A program made the translations under genes and the position numbers. A model generated the notes under the pieces. The model saw only the letters and a list, made by a program, of their open reading frames with translations, was not told where the DNA came from and made no database searches. A stretch of DNA of 64,000 nt from Actinomycetota bacterium (lineage in GTDB: Bacteria > Actinomycetota > UBA4738 > HRBIN12): NCBI GenBank assembly GCA_036555645.1, contig DATBLA010000185.1:17694-81693 (forward strand), given 5' to 3'. This document shows, in pieces, positions 39,769 through 48,989 of this stretch (position 1 is the stretch's first letter; every line of letters begins with the position of its first letter).

Positions 39769-41154
39769 GTGAGCATGCTCGATGTCGCCGTTCGCAACCG
39801 GTCGAGGTGGGCGCTCCTCGGCGTGGGGCTCGTCGTCGTGGCGATGTACATCGCCATCCTGCTGTACCTCATGGAGCGGAGCACGTGGGACACGTGGGGC
39901 GCGATGGTCATCGGTCCCGTCCTGTATCTGATCAGCATCCCCGCCTTCGTCCGGCAGGCGAAACGAGAGAACGACCGGCGCGTCGTGTGGCTGCTGGTCA
40001 CCGCGCTCACGGTGAAGTTCGTCTTCTCGCTGCTCCGGTATCACCAGGCGTTCAACCTCGTGAACAAGGCCGACGCCCAGGCCTACGACGCCACCGGAAC
40101 CGAGATCGCGCTCCGGTTCCTGTCCGGGGACTACTCGACGGGCCTCGAGGGGTGGCTGGACTCCAATTTCATCCGGCTGTTCACCGGTCTGATCTACACC
40201 GTGATCCGTCCGACGGCGGCCGGGGCGTTCCTCATCTACGCGTGGCTGGCGTTCTGGGGGACGTACTTCTTCTACCGGGCGTTCGTGCTCGCGGTGCCCG
40301 ACGGGAACCGGCGGAGCTACGGGCGCTGGCTGTTCTTCCTGCCGTCGATCCTGTTCTGGCCCTCGAGCATCGGCAAGGAGTCCTGGCTCATCTTCGGGCT
40401 GGGGATCGCGGCGTTCGGGGCGGCGAAGGTGCTGTCCGAGCGGGTCATGCCCGGGCTGCTCGTGGCCGCGCTCGGCATCGGCCTGACGGCGCTCGTCCGG
40501 ACCCCGTCGGCGGTCGCGATGGGGATCGGGCTCGTCGTCGGGGGCTTCCTGCGACGGCCCAAACGCGAGCTTCGCCATCTCGGGCCGATCGCCAAGCTCG
40601 CCACGACCGGATTGTTCGTCGGTCTCGCCCTGGTGATGTTCCTCGTGCTCCAGGAATACCTCGCCCGCGAAGGACTCGGAGGACAGGACATCGACAGCCT
40701 GCTTGCGGAGTCCCAGCGTCTGACGGCCACCGGGGGCTCCGAGTTCACGCCGACGTCGATCACCTCGCCCATCGGCCTCATGATCGCGGCCGTGACGGTG
40801 CTGTTCCGCCCCTTCCTGTTCGAGGCGAACAACGCGGAGGCCGTCGTCACCGCGCTCGAGGCGTCGGTGCTCATGGTGTTCACGCTCGTCCGATGGCGAT
40901 CGATCTGGGCGGCCATCAGAGGCGTGCGTCGCATCCCGTACGCGGCCGTGGCCATCACGTACGTCGGAGCGGCGATCGTCGCGCTCTCCGCCGTGGCGAA
41001 CTTCGGGATCATCGCTCGGCAGCGAACGCTCATCTTCCCGATGTTCCTCGTGCTCCTGTGCGTGGCGCCCGCTCGTCGCGCGCGGTCGGAGGCGGACCAT
41101 CGCGCCGAGGTGCCCGCCGCCGGCACCAGGGCGCTCGTCGGAGCCCGGCGGTGA
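39769..41154 (+). CDS. Polytopic membrane protein, putative oligosaccharide repeat-unit polymerase (Wzy-like)
   Basis: About 10 hydrophobic segments. No recognisable catalytic motif. Position next to O-antigen-ligase-like gene. Confidence 0.45.
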   Translation: MSMLDVAVRNRSRWALLGVGLVVVAMYIAILLYLMERSTWDTWGAMVIGPVLYLISIPAFVRQAKRENDRRVVWLLVTALTVKFVFSLLRYHQAFNLVNKADAQAYDATGTEIALRFLSGDYSTGLEGWLDSNFIRLFTGLIYTVIRPTAAGAFLIYAWLAFWGTYFFYRAFVLAVPDGNRRSYGRWLFFLPSILFWPSSIGKESWLIFGLGIAAFGAAKVLSERVMPGLLVAALGIGLTALVRTPSAVAMGIGLVVGGFLRRPKRELRHLGPIAKLATTGLFVGLALVMFLVLQEYLAREGLGGQDIDSLLAESQRLTATGGSEFTPTSITSPIGLMIAAVTVLFRPFLFEANNAEAVVTALEASVLMVFTLVRWRSIWAAIRGVRRIPYAAVAITYVGAAIVALSAVANFGIIARQRTLIFPMFLVLLCVAPARRARSEADHRAEVPAAGTRALVGARR

Positions 41155-42212
41155 ACGCGTCGAGCCTCCACGAGTCCTCGGGTCGGTCGCTCGCGCTCGT
41201 CGGCGCGGCGCTCTTCGCAGGTGCGGCCGCATGGTCCGCGGTGACCGCGCTGATCGCCGGGACCGCTCCCGCGCCGGCGGCCGGGATGATCCTCGGATGC
41301 GGCGTCACCGTGGGCCTGTGTTGGCTGGCGGGCAGTCGCTGGCCCCTGCTCGTTCCCGCGGGGCTCGTCGCCGCGGCGGTCCTGCTCGTGGCGATGAACG
41401 TGGAGACCACGCTCCGGTCGCACCCGCTCCAGGGCCCGTTCGGCTACGCGAACGCGACGGCGGCGTTCCTCGTCCAGGCGATCATCGCCGCGGTCATGCT
41501 GATCGTGAGCGCCCGTCCCGGGGCCGTGCGGATCCTCGCCGCGACGGCCACGATCGGGTTCGCAGGCGTCCTCGTCGTGACGCGGTCGTGGACGGCGATC
41601 CTGTCCCTGCCGGTGGTCCTGCTCCTCGCCCTGATCGTCGAACGCGAGCGCGGCGGGCGCGCCGCGGTGATGGTCGCCGCGGGCCTGTTCGTGGCCGCCC
41701 TCGCCGTCACGGTCGCGCTCGGTGCCATCAGATTGGGAACCGGGACCGGTCCCCTCGACCGGTTGGTGCAGGGCACGATCTCGGAGGGGCGCCCGCAGCT
41801 GTGGCACGAGGCCCTGTCGATCACGGCGGCTCGGCCGCTCGTGGGCGTGGGTCCGGGCGCGTTCGCCGTGACGAGTCCGACCGCCGCGTCGGATCTGGAC
41901 CTGCGATGGGCGCACAACGAGTACCTGCAGGCCGGTGCCGAGTCGGGGGTCCTCGGCTATCTCCTGGCCACCGGCATCTTCCTGTGGGGGTTCGCGGCGC
42001 TGTGGATGGGGTCGCCGGGACGGATCGGCGCCCTCGGCGCGGCGGCGTTGGCGCTGCTCGGCATCCACGCGTCGGTGGACTACGTGCTGCATTTCCCCGC
42101 CGTGGCGGTCGCCGGGGCCGCGTTGCTCGGTGCGAGCGTGGGTGCCTCGCGGCTGTCCGCGGACCTCGTTGCGCCTCGCGCCGATCCCGTGCCGACGGGA
42201 GGGCTCGCATGA
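41151..42212 (+). CDS. O-antigen ligase/polymerase family membrane protein (Wzy_C domain)
   Basis: RWAHNEYLQAGAESGVLGYLL conserved motif. GTGA overlap. Confidence 0.7.
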   Translation: MNASSLHESSGRSLALVGAALFAGAAAWSAVTALIAGTAPAPAAGMILGCGVTVGLCWLAGSRWPLLVPAGLVAAAVLLVAMNVETTLRSHPLQGPFGYANATAAFLVQAIIAAVMLIVSARPGAVRILAATATIGFAGVLVVTRSWTAILSLPVVLLLALIVERERGGRAAVMVAAGLFVAALAVTVALGAIRLGTGTGPLDRLVQGTISEGRPQLWHEALSITAARPLVGVGPGAFAVTSPTAASDLDLRWAHNEYLQAGAESGVLGYLLATGIFLWGFAALWMGSPGRIGALGAAALALLGIHASVDYVLHFPAVAVAGAALLGASVGASRLSADLVAPRADPVPTGGLA

Positions 42213-43189
42213 GCGCGGCCGGATCGAGAGGACCGAGCCAGCTCCTCGGTGTGCTGGTGACCTACGACCGACCGGCGGCCCTGGCGATCACCCTGGGGCG
42301 GCTGGCCGAACAGGATCGCCGCCTCGATCTCCTCGTGGTCGTCGACAACGCGCCGACCGATGCGTCGAGGCGGGCCGTCGCCGGCAACCCCGACGTGGCC
42401 GAGCGCGTCGAGCACCTCGAGATGGCCGAGAACCTGGGGTTCACCGGTGGCGTGGCCGCGGGGATGCGCCACGTGATCGCGACGGCCGACGATCGGGACT
42501 GGATCGTGGTGCTGGACGACGACGACCCGGTGCCCTACCCGGAGGTGCTCTCCGAGCTCGAGCGATTCGCGAACCGCATGCTCGACGAGGATCCCACGAC
42601 GGCGGGGATCGGCATGAGCGGAGGGCGATTCGATTGGCGGCGCGGGCGGATTCGCCGGGTGGCCGACGAGGAGCTGCACGGGCCGGTGGCCGTCGACCAC
42701 GTCGCCGGCAACTCGGTGCCGTTCTATCTCGTGTCGGCCGTGCGGCGGAACGGAACGTTCCATGCGCCGCTGTTCTTCGGGCTATCGGAGATCGAGTTCG
42801 GACTCCGACTCTCGCGCGCGGGCCACGCCTTCTACGGTCATGGCGACCTGTGGCGGCGACGCAGACGTGAGGCCGGGCGCATGGGGCTCGACGCGCGTCC
42901 GAGCCGCCGGCTGGCGCCGATGAACTGGCGGCGCTACTACGTGCTCCGCAACTCGATCTACATGCTGCGACGGTTCGGACACCAGGGAACCGCCCTGCGG
43001 CTGACGATGATCAACCTGGGCAAGCCGATCGCCAACCTCCCGTTCGAACCGGGTCTGGCGAGCAGGCACCTCGCCTCGAACGTGCGCGCGTGCCGTGACG
43101 GCTGGATGGGGCGGATGGGCCGGCGTGTCGAGCCCGGGTCGGATGCCCGTCACGAACGAAAGGCCGGAGCCTCGACGGCGCCGGCCTGA
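42209..43189 (+). CDS. Glycosyltransferase family 2
   Basis: LGVLVTYDRPAAL...VVVDNAPTD...VVLDDDD (DXD). Confidence 0.7.
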   Translation: MSAAGSRGPSQLLGVLVTYDRPAALAITLGRLAEQDRRLDLLVVVDNAPTDASRRAVAGNPDVAERVEHLEMAENLGFTGGVAAGMRHVIATADDRDWIVVLDDDDPVPYPEVLSELERFANRMLDEDPTTAGIGMSGGRFDWRRGRIRRVADEELHGPVAVDHVAGNSVPFYLVSAVRRNGTFHAPLFFGLSEIEFGLRLSRAGHAFYGHGDLWRRRRREAGRMGLDARPSRRLAPMNWRRYYVLRNSIYMLRRFGHQGTALRLTMINLGKPIANLPFEPGLASRHLASNVRACRDGWMGRMGRRVEPGSDARHERKAGASTAPA

Positions 43190-43219
43190 ACACCGATCAC
43201 CACCGAGGAGGACCACGCG

Positions 43220-44125
43220 ATGATCCAGACCGACGTCTCGGCATCTCCCGCCGCGACCCGAGTGATGGCCGACGGCTCGCCGGAGCGCGTCGAGTTCCTC
43301 GGCGCCGAGGGAGAACGTCTCCTGTCGTATCTGCACCTGCCGGCCTCGAGCCCGCGCGGCGCCGTCGTGATCTGTCCCGCGCTGCACGGCGAGTTCATGC
43401 GCAACTACCGTCGCGAGGTCCTGCTCGCCCGCAAGCTGGCCCACATCGGCTTCGCGGTGGATCGCGTCCAGTACCGCTTCTCGGGCAACAGCGACGGTGA
43501 GGACTCGGACCTGTCCTTCGACTCGATGCGCGAGGATGCGCTGTTCTCCGTGGAGCGCGTGCGGGAGCTGGCCCCGGGCGTTCCCGTGTTCCTGGCCGGC
43601 ACCCGATGGGGCGCGATGATCGCCGCCGCCGCCGCACGCAACCATCCCGACGCCGGGGTGGTGCTGTGGGAGCCGGTGCTCACGGGATCGCAGTTCTTCA
43701 AGGACGCCTTCCGGAACAAGGCCTTTCGCGATCTTCGCGACGGGATCGAGCAGCCGGCCACGAGCGACGAGCTCGAGGAGCGACTGCGGGGCGGCGAACC
43801 CGTGGACGTCGTGGCCCATCGCATCGAGGTGGAGCTGTACCGGTCCTGCATCGACCGGTCGCTGGACACGGAGATGGGAGACTCGCACCGGAACGTCCTG
43901 CTCACGCAGATCGGTCCCTCGGCGCTGCGAAAGCCGTTCGCCCGCCAGGTCGAGCGGTGGCAGGCGGCGGGGATCGAGGTCGACGTGGAGATCGTGCGTG
44001 GCGAGGAGAACTGGTGGCTCATCCAGGAACGTTGGAGCGACGAGGGGACCCATCCGCTCACGCGAGCGCTCGTCGCGCTGAGCGCGACGTGGCTGTCGGC
44101 CCACGCGGGCGAGGTCGCGTCGTGA
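43220..44125 (+). CDS. Alpha/beta-fold hydrolase, paralog type 1, copy 1
   Basis: VVICPALHGEFMRNYRREVLLARKLAHIGFAVDRVQYRFSGNSDGE...LAGTRWGAMIAAAAA. Nucleophile position appears to be W/R-G rather than GxSxG. Confidence 0.55.
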   Translation: MIQTDVSASPAATRVMADGSPERVEFLGAEGERLLSYLHLPASSPRGAVVICPALHGEFMRNYRREVLLARKLAHIGFAVDRVQYRFSGNSDGEDSDLSFDSMREDALFSVERVRELAPGVPVFLAGTRWGAMIAAAAARNHPDAGVVLWEPVLTGSQFFKDAFRNKAFRDLRDGIEQPATSDELEERLRGGEPVDVVAHRIEVELYRSCIDRSLDTEMGDSHRNVLLTQIGPSALRKPFARQVERWQAAGIEVDVEIVRGEENWWLIQERWSDEGTHPLTRALVALSATWLSAHAGEVAS

Positions 44126-45108
44126 CCGGGGCGGCCGTGACGTATCGGGAGGCACCCGTCTTCCTCGAGTCGGGGGAGGACTCGCTGTTCGCGATCGTCA
44201 CCGTCCCGGCGCGAGGACGGGCGACGGCCGGGTTGATCGTGCTTCCCGGCGGCGCGACACCGCTCACGACGAACCGCAACCGTCTGTCGGTGAGGATCTG
44301 CCGCGCGCTGGCTCGCGAGGGCTACGCGGCGATGCGGCTGGACTACCACGGCACGGGCGACAGCACCGGGGTCCTCGATCAGATCCGCCTGGACCAGCCG
44401 GTCGTCGAGGACGTCGCGGCCGGCGTCGCCTACCTGCGGTCGATCGGCGTGGAACGCGTGGCGCTCGCCGGGTCGTGCTACGGGGCTCGCAACGCCCTGG
44501 AGACGGCGGCGGCGTTGCCGGAGGTGTCGGAGGTCATCATGATCGCGCCGTCGACGCTGGACTACGTCCTCGGCGAGCGCGGGGGAGTCAACCGCGCGAA
44601 GAAGTGGTCGCTTGGCCGCTACGCGATCGAAGCGCTCCGCCCACGGACGATCGCGGGCGTGTTCAGCAGCCGCAAGCGCCGAAGCTACGGGATCTACGCG
44701 CGCGCGAAGATGAAGGAGATGCGTCGGAAGCTTCCCGGCCGGCAGGCGGACGCGACCGGGTCGGAGGCGGAGATGGATGCGAGCCCGGGATTCGAGCGGG
44801 CGATGAGGACGCTCGCCGACCGCGGCGCGCCGGTCCTGTTCGTCTACGGGGGGGAAGACGGGTTCTACGGGGAGTTCACGAGGGCCGCCGACGGACGACT
44901 CGGGGAGATCCTGGGAGGATCGACGGTCTCCGTCCGCGTGCTCCCGGGGAAGATCCACGGGTTCACCACGGTTCATGCGCAGGACGTCGCGCTGGAGGAG
45001 ATCCGCGGGTGGGCGGCCCGAACTCGCACGGATGGCTCGACCGAACCGATCGGCGAACCCGAGGCGGTCCCCGCGCTCGATCTCCCGGATCGGGCGGCCG
45101 AGGGCTGA
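44122..45108 (+). CDS. Alpha/beta-fold hydrolase, paralog type 2, copy 1
   Basis: GLIVLPGGATPLTTNRNRLSVRICRALAREGYAAMRLDYHGTGDSTG...LAGSCYGARNAL: nucleophile elbow carries Cys (GSCYG). Confidence 0.55.
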   Translation: MTGAAVTYREAPVFLESGEDSLFAIVTVPARGRATAGLIVLPGGATPLTTNRNRLSVRICRALAREGYAAMRLDYHGTGDSTGVLDQIRLDQPVVEDVAAGVAYLRSIGVERVALAGSCYGARNALETAAALPEVSEVIMIAPSTLDYVLGERGGVNRAKKWSLGRYAIEALRPRTIAGVFSSRKRRSYGIYARAKMKEMRRKLPGRQADATGSEAEMDASPGFERAMRTLADRGAPVLFVYGGEDGFYGEFTRAADGRLGEILGGSTVSVRVLPGKIHGFTTVHAQDVALEEIRGWAARTRTDGSTEPIGEPEAVPALDLPDRAAEG

Positions 45109-45151
45109 TCTGCGTGACCGACGATCCGCTCACATCGACCAGAGGAGACAG

Positions 45152-46063
45152 ATGACGATCGGCGAACAGCAACAGGCGGCCGTCGCCACACGCGTCGACG
45201 AGGCGACCGGGACCGCCGAACGGGTGGAGTTCCGCGGAGCCGGCCGCGAACGGGTGTTCTCGGTGCAGTACACGCCCGCCACCGAGCCGGTCGGCGGCCT
45301 GCTCGTCTGCCCCGCGCTGGCCAGCGAGTTCACGCAGAATTACCGACGCGAGGTGCTGCTCGCTCGCCGTCTGGCCGAGATGGGCTTCGTGGTCGAGCGG
45401 TTCCACTACCGGTTCACCGGCAACAGCGACGGCGACTCCGCGAACCTCACCTTCGACTCGATGCGAGAGGATGCGGTCGCGGCGACCGAGCACCTGCGGG
45501 GGCTGGCCCCCGGGCTGCCGCTGTTCCTCCTCGGCACCCGATGGGGATCCCTGGTCGCCGCGTCGGCCGCCGCGTCGTCCGATGCGGGCCTCGTGCTCTG
45601 GGAGCCCGAGCTCGACACCGCCCGGTTCTTCAAGGATGCGTTCCGCGCCCGCCTCGTCTACGACCGCAAGCGGGGGGTGGAGGAGCCGCTCACCGGCGCT
45701 CAGCTGATCGAACGGGTCCGGGCCGGGGACCCCGTCGAGGCGATGGGGCACACGATCGAGCCCGAGCTGTTCCACTCGTCCGAGGGCCGCACGCTCGAGG
45801 GCGAGCTCGGGTCGACGCCTCGCGCGATCTTCGTCCTCCAGCTCGGTGGGACGGGTGTCGTCGGGCAGGCGCTCTCGTCGCAGATCGACCGCTGGAGCGA
45901 GGCCGGGTTCCGGGTCGATGTGGAGACGGTCAAGGGAGACGAGACGTGGTGGGTGATCGACGAGCGTCTGAACGACATGGGTGACCAGCCGATGACCAAG
46001 CGACTCATCGAGCTCACGTCCGCGTGGCTGGCCACCAGCGTGGGACGGCAGGTCGAGGCATGA
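45152..46063 (+). CDS. Alpha/beta-fold hydrolase, paralog type 1, copy 2
   Basis: LLVCPALASEFTQNYRREVLLARRLAEMGFVVERFHYRFTGNSDGD...LLGTRWGSLVAASAA. Confidence 0.55.
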   Translation: MTIGEQQQAAVATRVDEATGTAERVEFRGAGRERVFSVQYTPATEPVGGLLVCPALASEFTQNYRREVLLARRLAEMGFVVERFHYRFTGNSDGDSANLTFDSMREDAVAATEHLRGLAPGLPLFLLGTRWGSLVAASAAASSDAGLVLWEPELDTARFFKDAFRARLVYDRKRGVEEPLTGAQLIERVRAGDPVEAMGHTIEPELFHSSEGRTLEGELGSTPRAIFVLQLGGTGVVGQALSSQIDRWSEAGFRVDVETVKGDETWWVIDERLNDMGDQPMTKRLIELTSAWLATSVGRQVEA

Positions 46064-47019
46064 GCGCGGACCCGCGACCCGACTACGTGGAGCGGCCGAT
46101 GTACTTCGACGTGGACGGTGAGGCGGTGTTCGGCATCCTCACGCGGTCACTCGACGAGCACGTGGACACGGCCGTGATCGTGCTTCCGGGCGGCGGCGTG
46201 CCGCTCACGACCAACCGCAACCGGCTGACGGTCCGGATCTGTCGCGACCTGGCCGGCCTCGGCGTCGCGGCGTTCCGGATGGATTACCACGGGACCGGCG
46301 AGAGCACCGGCTCCGTCGGGGGATTCCACACGGGGCACCCGTTCTGGGGGGACGTCCGCGCGGCCATCTCGCGGCTGAAGGAGGAGGGGCTCACGCGATT
46401 CGTGCTCGTGGGCTCGTGTTTCGGGTCGCGCACGGCGCTGTCTGCGGCCGCCCATCTGGACGACGTGGAGGAGGTCCTGCTGTTCTCCGTCCCGCTGGGC
46501 GACTACGCGATGGGGGAGCGCAAGAGCGTCACGACCGCGCAGCGCCACCACCTCGGCCACTACGCGAGGGCAGCCCTCAGGCCCCGGACGTGGCGGGCGC
46601 TGCTCAGCCGCCGCGGCCGGTGGGTGCTCTGGAACCACGCGCGGGCCAAGCTGCGCGTCATCTGGACGCGGTTGTCGCGTCTGGCCGGGCGCGCGCCTTC
46701 GTCCGAGCCCCACGCCGAGCACATCAGTCCTCGATTCCGTCGCGGGCTCGAGCGGCTGATCGAGCGAGGCGTCCCCGTGACCTTCGTCTTCGGTGATGAC
46801 GAGGACTATCACCGGGAGTTCGAGGAGGCTCGCCGGCACGAGCTGGGCGAGATCCTGGCGCGGGGGGGCTCCAAGGTTCGGATCGTGACGCTGCCGGGGC
46901 GGATCCACGGGTTCACGACCCTGGCATCGCAGGACGCGTCGCTCGGCGTGATCACCGAGTGGGCGCGGGGCCGGCGGGCAGGGTTCGTGCCGGGGACGCC
47001 GACGGACGTCGCGTCCTAG
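46060..47019 (+). CDS. Alpha/beta-fold hydrolase, paralog type 2, copy 2
   Basis: VIVLPGGGVPLTTNRNRLTVRICRDLAGLGVAAFRMDYHGTGESTG...LVGSCFGSRTAL. Confidence 0.55.
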   Translation: MSADPRPDYVERPMYFDVDGEAVFGILTRSLDEHVDTAVIVLPGGGVPLTTNRNRLTVRICRDLAGLGVAAFRMDYHGTGESTGSVGGFHTGHPFWGDVRAAISRLKEEGLTRFVLVGSCFGSRTALSAAAHLDDVEEVLLFSVPLGDYAMGERKSVTTAQRHHLGHYARAALRPRTWRALLSRRGRWVLWNHARAKLRVIWTRLSRLAGRAPSSEPHAEHISPRFRRGLERLIERGVPVTFVFGDDEDYHREFEEARRHELGEILARGGSKVRIVTLPGRIHGFTTLASQDASLGVITEWARGRRAGFVPGTPTDVAS

Positions 47020-47073
47020 CCGGGGCGCGCCGCCGCCTCGCGGACTCCGGTCCACGGAACCACGATCTCCGTG

Positions 47074-48042
47074 TCATCCGGCGAACGCCGCTCGACGATG
47101 TTCGGGAGGGAGGGGACCTTGGCGATCTCCATCGATCCGGCGACGCGACCCGTCGCGACGGCCACCTTCCCCGACGGGCTCGTCGAACGAGCGGAGTACC
47201 TGGGGCCTCCGGGGGCACGCGTGCTCACGCTCCAGCACGTGCCGACGGCGCAGCCGAGGGCCGCGGTCGTGATCTGCTCGCCGATCCACGGTGAGTTCGC
47301 TCGGAACTATCGGCGCGAGGTGCTCTTCGCGCGGCGGCTCGCTCGAGACGGCATCGCCGTCGAGCGGTTCCACTACCGGTGCACGGGCAACAGCGATGGA
47401 GACGGCGAGCACCTCACCTTCGACTCAATGGTCGAGGACTCCCTGTCGTGCGTGGAGCACCTCCTGCGAGAGGCGGGTGAGGTTCCGCTCGTCATCGTCG
47501 GCGCGCGCTGGGGCTCGATCGTCGCGGCCTCGACGGCCGCCCGAAGTGGCGCCGCCGTCGCCGTCGTCCTGTGGGAGCCGTTGCTCGATGCGTCCCGATT
47601 CTTCAAGGATGCGTTCCGGAACAAGCTGGTGAAGGAGAAGCGTGCCGGGGCGATCGACATCGAGACGAGCGCGGATCTGGAGCGGCGTCTCCTCGCCGGC
47701 GAGTCCGTCGACGTCGTCGCGCATCGGATCGAGGTCGAGCTGTACCGCACATCGGCGGGGCGAACGCTGGGCGATGAGCTCGGGACGGATCCGCGGGATC
47801 TGCTCGTCGTGCAGCTGGGCACGACCGGGACGCTTCGACGGGAGATCGTCCAACAGGTCGAACACTGGCAGACCGCTGGGCTGCGGGTCGACACGGCGGT
47901 CGTTCGCGGAGAAGAGGCCTGGTGGCTCGTGGACGAGACGCTGTACGACGAGGGCTCGAGACCGGTGACGCAGGAGCTCGTCACGGTCAGCACCGATTGG
48001 ATCGGCCGGCGGGCGCTCCCTCCGGGAGGATCGTCTCGATGA
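47074..48042 (+). CDS. Alpha/beta-fold hydrolase, paralog type 1, copy 3 (start 47074 or ATG 47098)
   Basis: VVICSPIHGEFARNYRREVLFARRLARDGIAVERFHYRCTGNSDGD...IVGARWGSIVAASTA. Confidence 0.55.
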   Translation, partial: SSGERRSTMFGREGTLAISIDPATRPVATATFPDGLVERAEYLGPPGARVLTLQHVPTAQPRAAVVICSPIHGEFARNYRREVLFARRLARDGIAVERFHYRCTGNSDGDGEHLTFDSMVEDSLSCVEHLLREAGEVPLVIVGARWGSIVAASTAARSGAAVAVVLWEPLLDASRFFKDAFRNKLVKEKRAGAIDIETSADLERRLLAGESVDVVAHRIEVELYRTSAGRTLGDELGTDPRDLLVVQLGTTGTLRREIVQQVEHWQTAGLRVDTAVVRGEEAWWLVDETLYDEGSRPVTQELVTVSTDWIGRRALPPGGSSR

Positions 48043-48986
48043 TCGCACGGGGCTACCTCGAGATGCCGGTGTTCTTCGAATCGGCCGGCGAGACCCTGTT
48101 CGGGATCGTGACGGTACCGGCGGATGGCCAGGCGCGAACCGGCCTCGTCATCCTTCCGGGCGGTGGGACGCCGTTCTCGGTGAACCGGAACCGCGTCTCG
48201 GTCCGCGTGTGCCGCGAGCTCGCGGCGCTCGGTGTGGCCGCCTTCCGGCCCGATTTCCACGGGGCGGGCGACAGCACCGGCCCAAGCGAGAAGCTCGCCC
48301 TCGATCGGCCCTATTCGGCCGATGTCCAGGCCGCCGCGCAGACGCTCCGGCAGCTCGGCGCGGAACGGATCGTCCTCGCGGGCTCGTGCTTCGGCGGGCG
48401 AAGCGCCCTGTCCGCCGCGCCGCTCGAGGACGACGTGCACGCGGTGATCCTCATCGCCACCTCGCTGCACGACTACGAGATGGGCGAGCGCAAGAGCGCT
48501 CGTGCCGCCGCGAACTGGTCCATGGGACGCTACGTCCGCGAGTCGGTGCAGCCTCGGAGGATCCGTGGGCTGTTCACGGCCCGCTCCCGCCGGTCATACG
48601 CGAAATACGTCCGGGCCAAGCTCGGGACGTTCGCCGCATGGAACCGGATGACCGGTCGGGAGGCCGGGGAGGGGGAGCGGAACACGGAAGTCGTGTCTCC
48701 GCTGTTCGCCACACCGCTTCGGCGTCTCCTGGACCGGGGCGGTCGCGTCCTGTTCATCTTCGGGAAGGACGACACGTCGTACGAGGAGTATCTGGAGGCG
48801 GCCGCCGGACCGCTCGCGGACGTCCTCGGCGGGGATCATCCCGGCGTCGAGGTGACCGTCGTACCGGGCAAGATCCACGGGTTCCTCTCGATTGCGGCTC
48901 AGGATCTCGTCGTGGACGAGATCGCGCGGTGGATGGCGGCCGATCGCTCGGCCCCGGCGCTCGCACGACCTCGGGTGGAGGAGTAG
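48039..48986 (+). CDS. Alpha/beta-fold hydrolase, paralog type 2, copy 3
   Basis: LVILPGGGTPFSVNRNRVSVRVCRELAALGVAAFRPDFHGAGDSTG...LAGSCFGGRSAL. Confidence 0.55.
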   Translation: MIARGYLEMPVFFESAGETLFGIVTVPADGQARTGLVILPGGGTPFSVNRNRVSVRVCRELAALGVAAFRPDFHGAGDSTGPSEKLALDRPYSADVQAAAQTLRQLGAERIVLAGSCFGGRSALSAAPLEDDVHAVILIATSLHDYEMGERKSARAAANWSMGRYVRESVQPRRIRGLFTARSRRSYAKYVRAKLGTFAAWNRMTGREAGEGERNTEVVSPLFATPLRRLLDRGGRVLFIFGKDDTSYEEYLEAAAGPLADVLGGDHPGVEVTVVPGKIHGFLSIAAQDLVVDEIARWMAADRSAPALARPRVEE

Positions 48987-48989
48987 ACC

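Noticed and set aside
39769-41154. Possibility that the polytopic membrane protein is an exosortase (given the exosortase-locus-like accessory genes)
   Set aside because: I could not identify the conserved exosortase Cys/Arg/Asn motif arrangement by eye, so I kept the generic Wzy-like call. Needs an HMM test.
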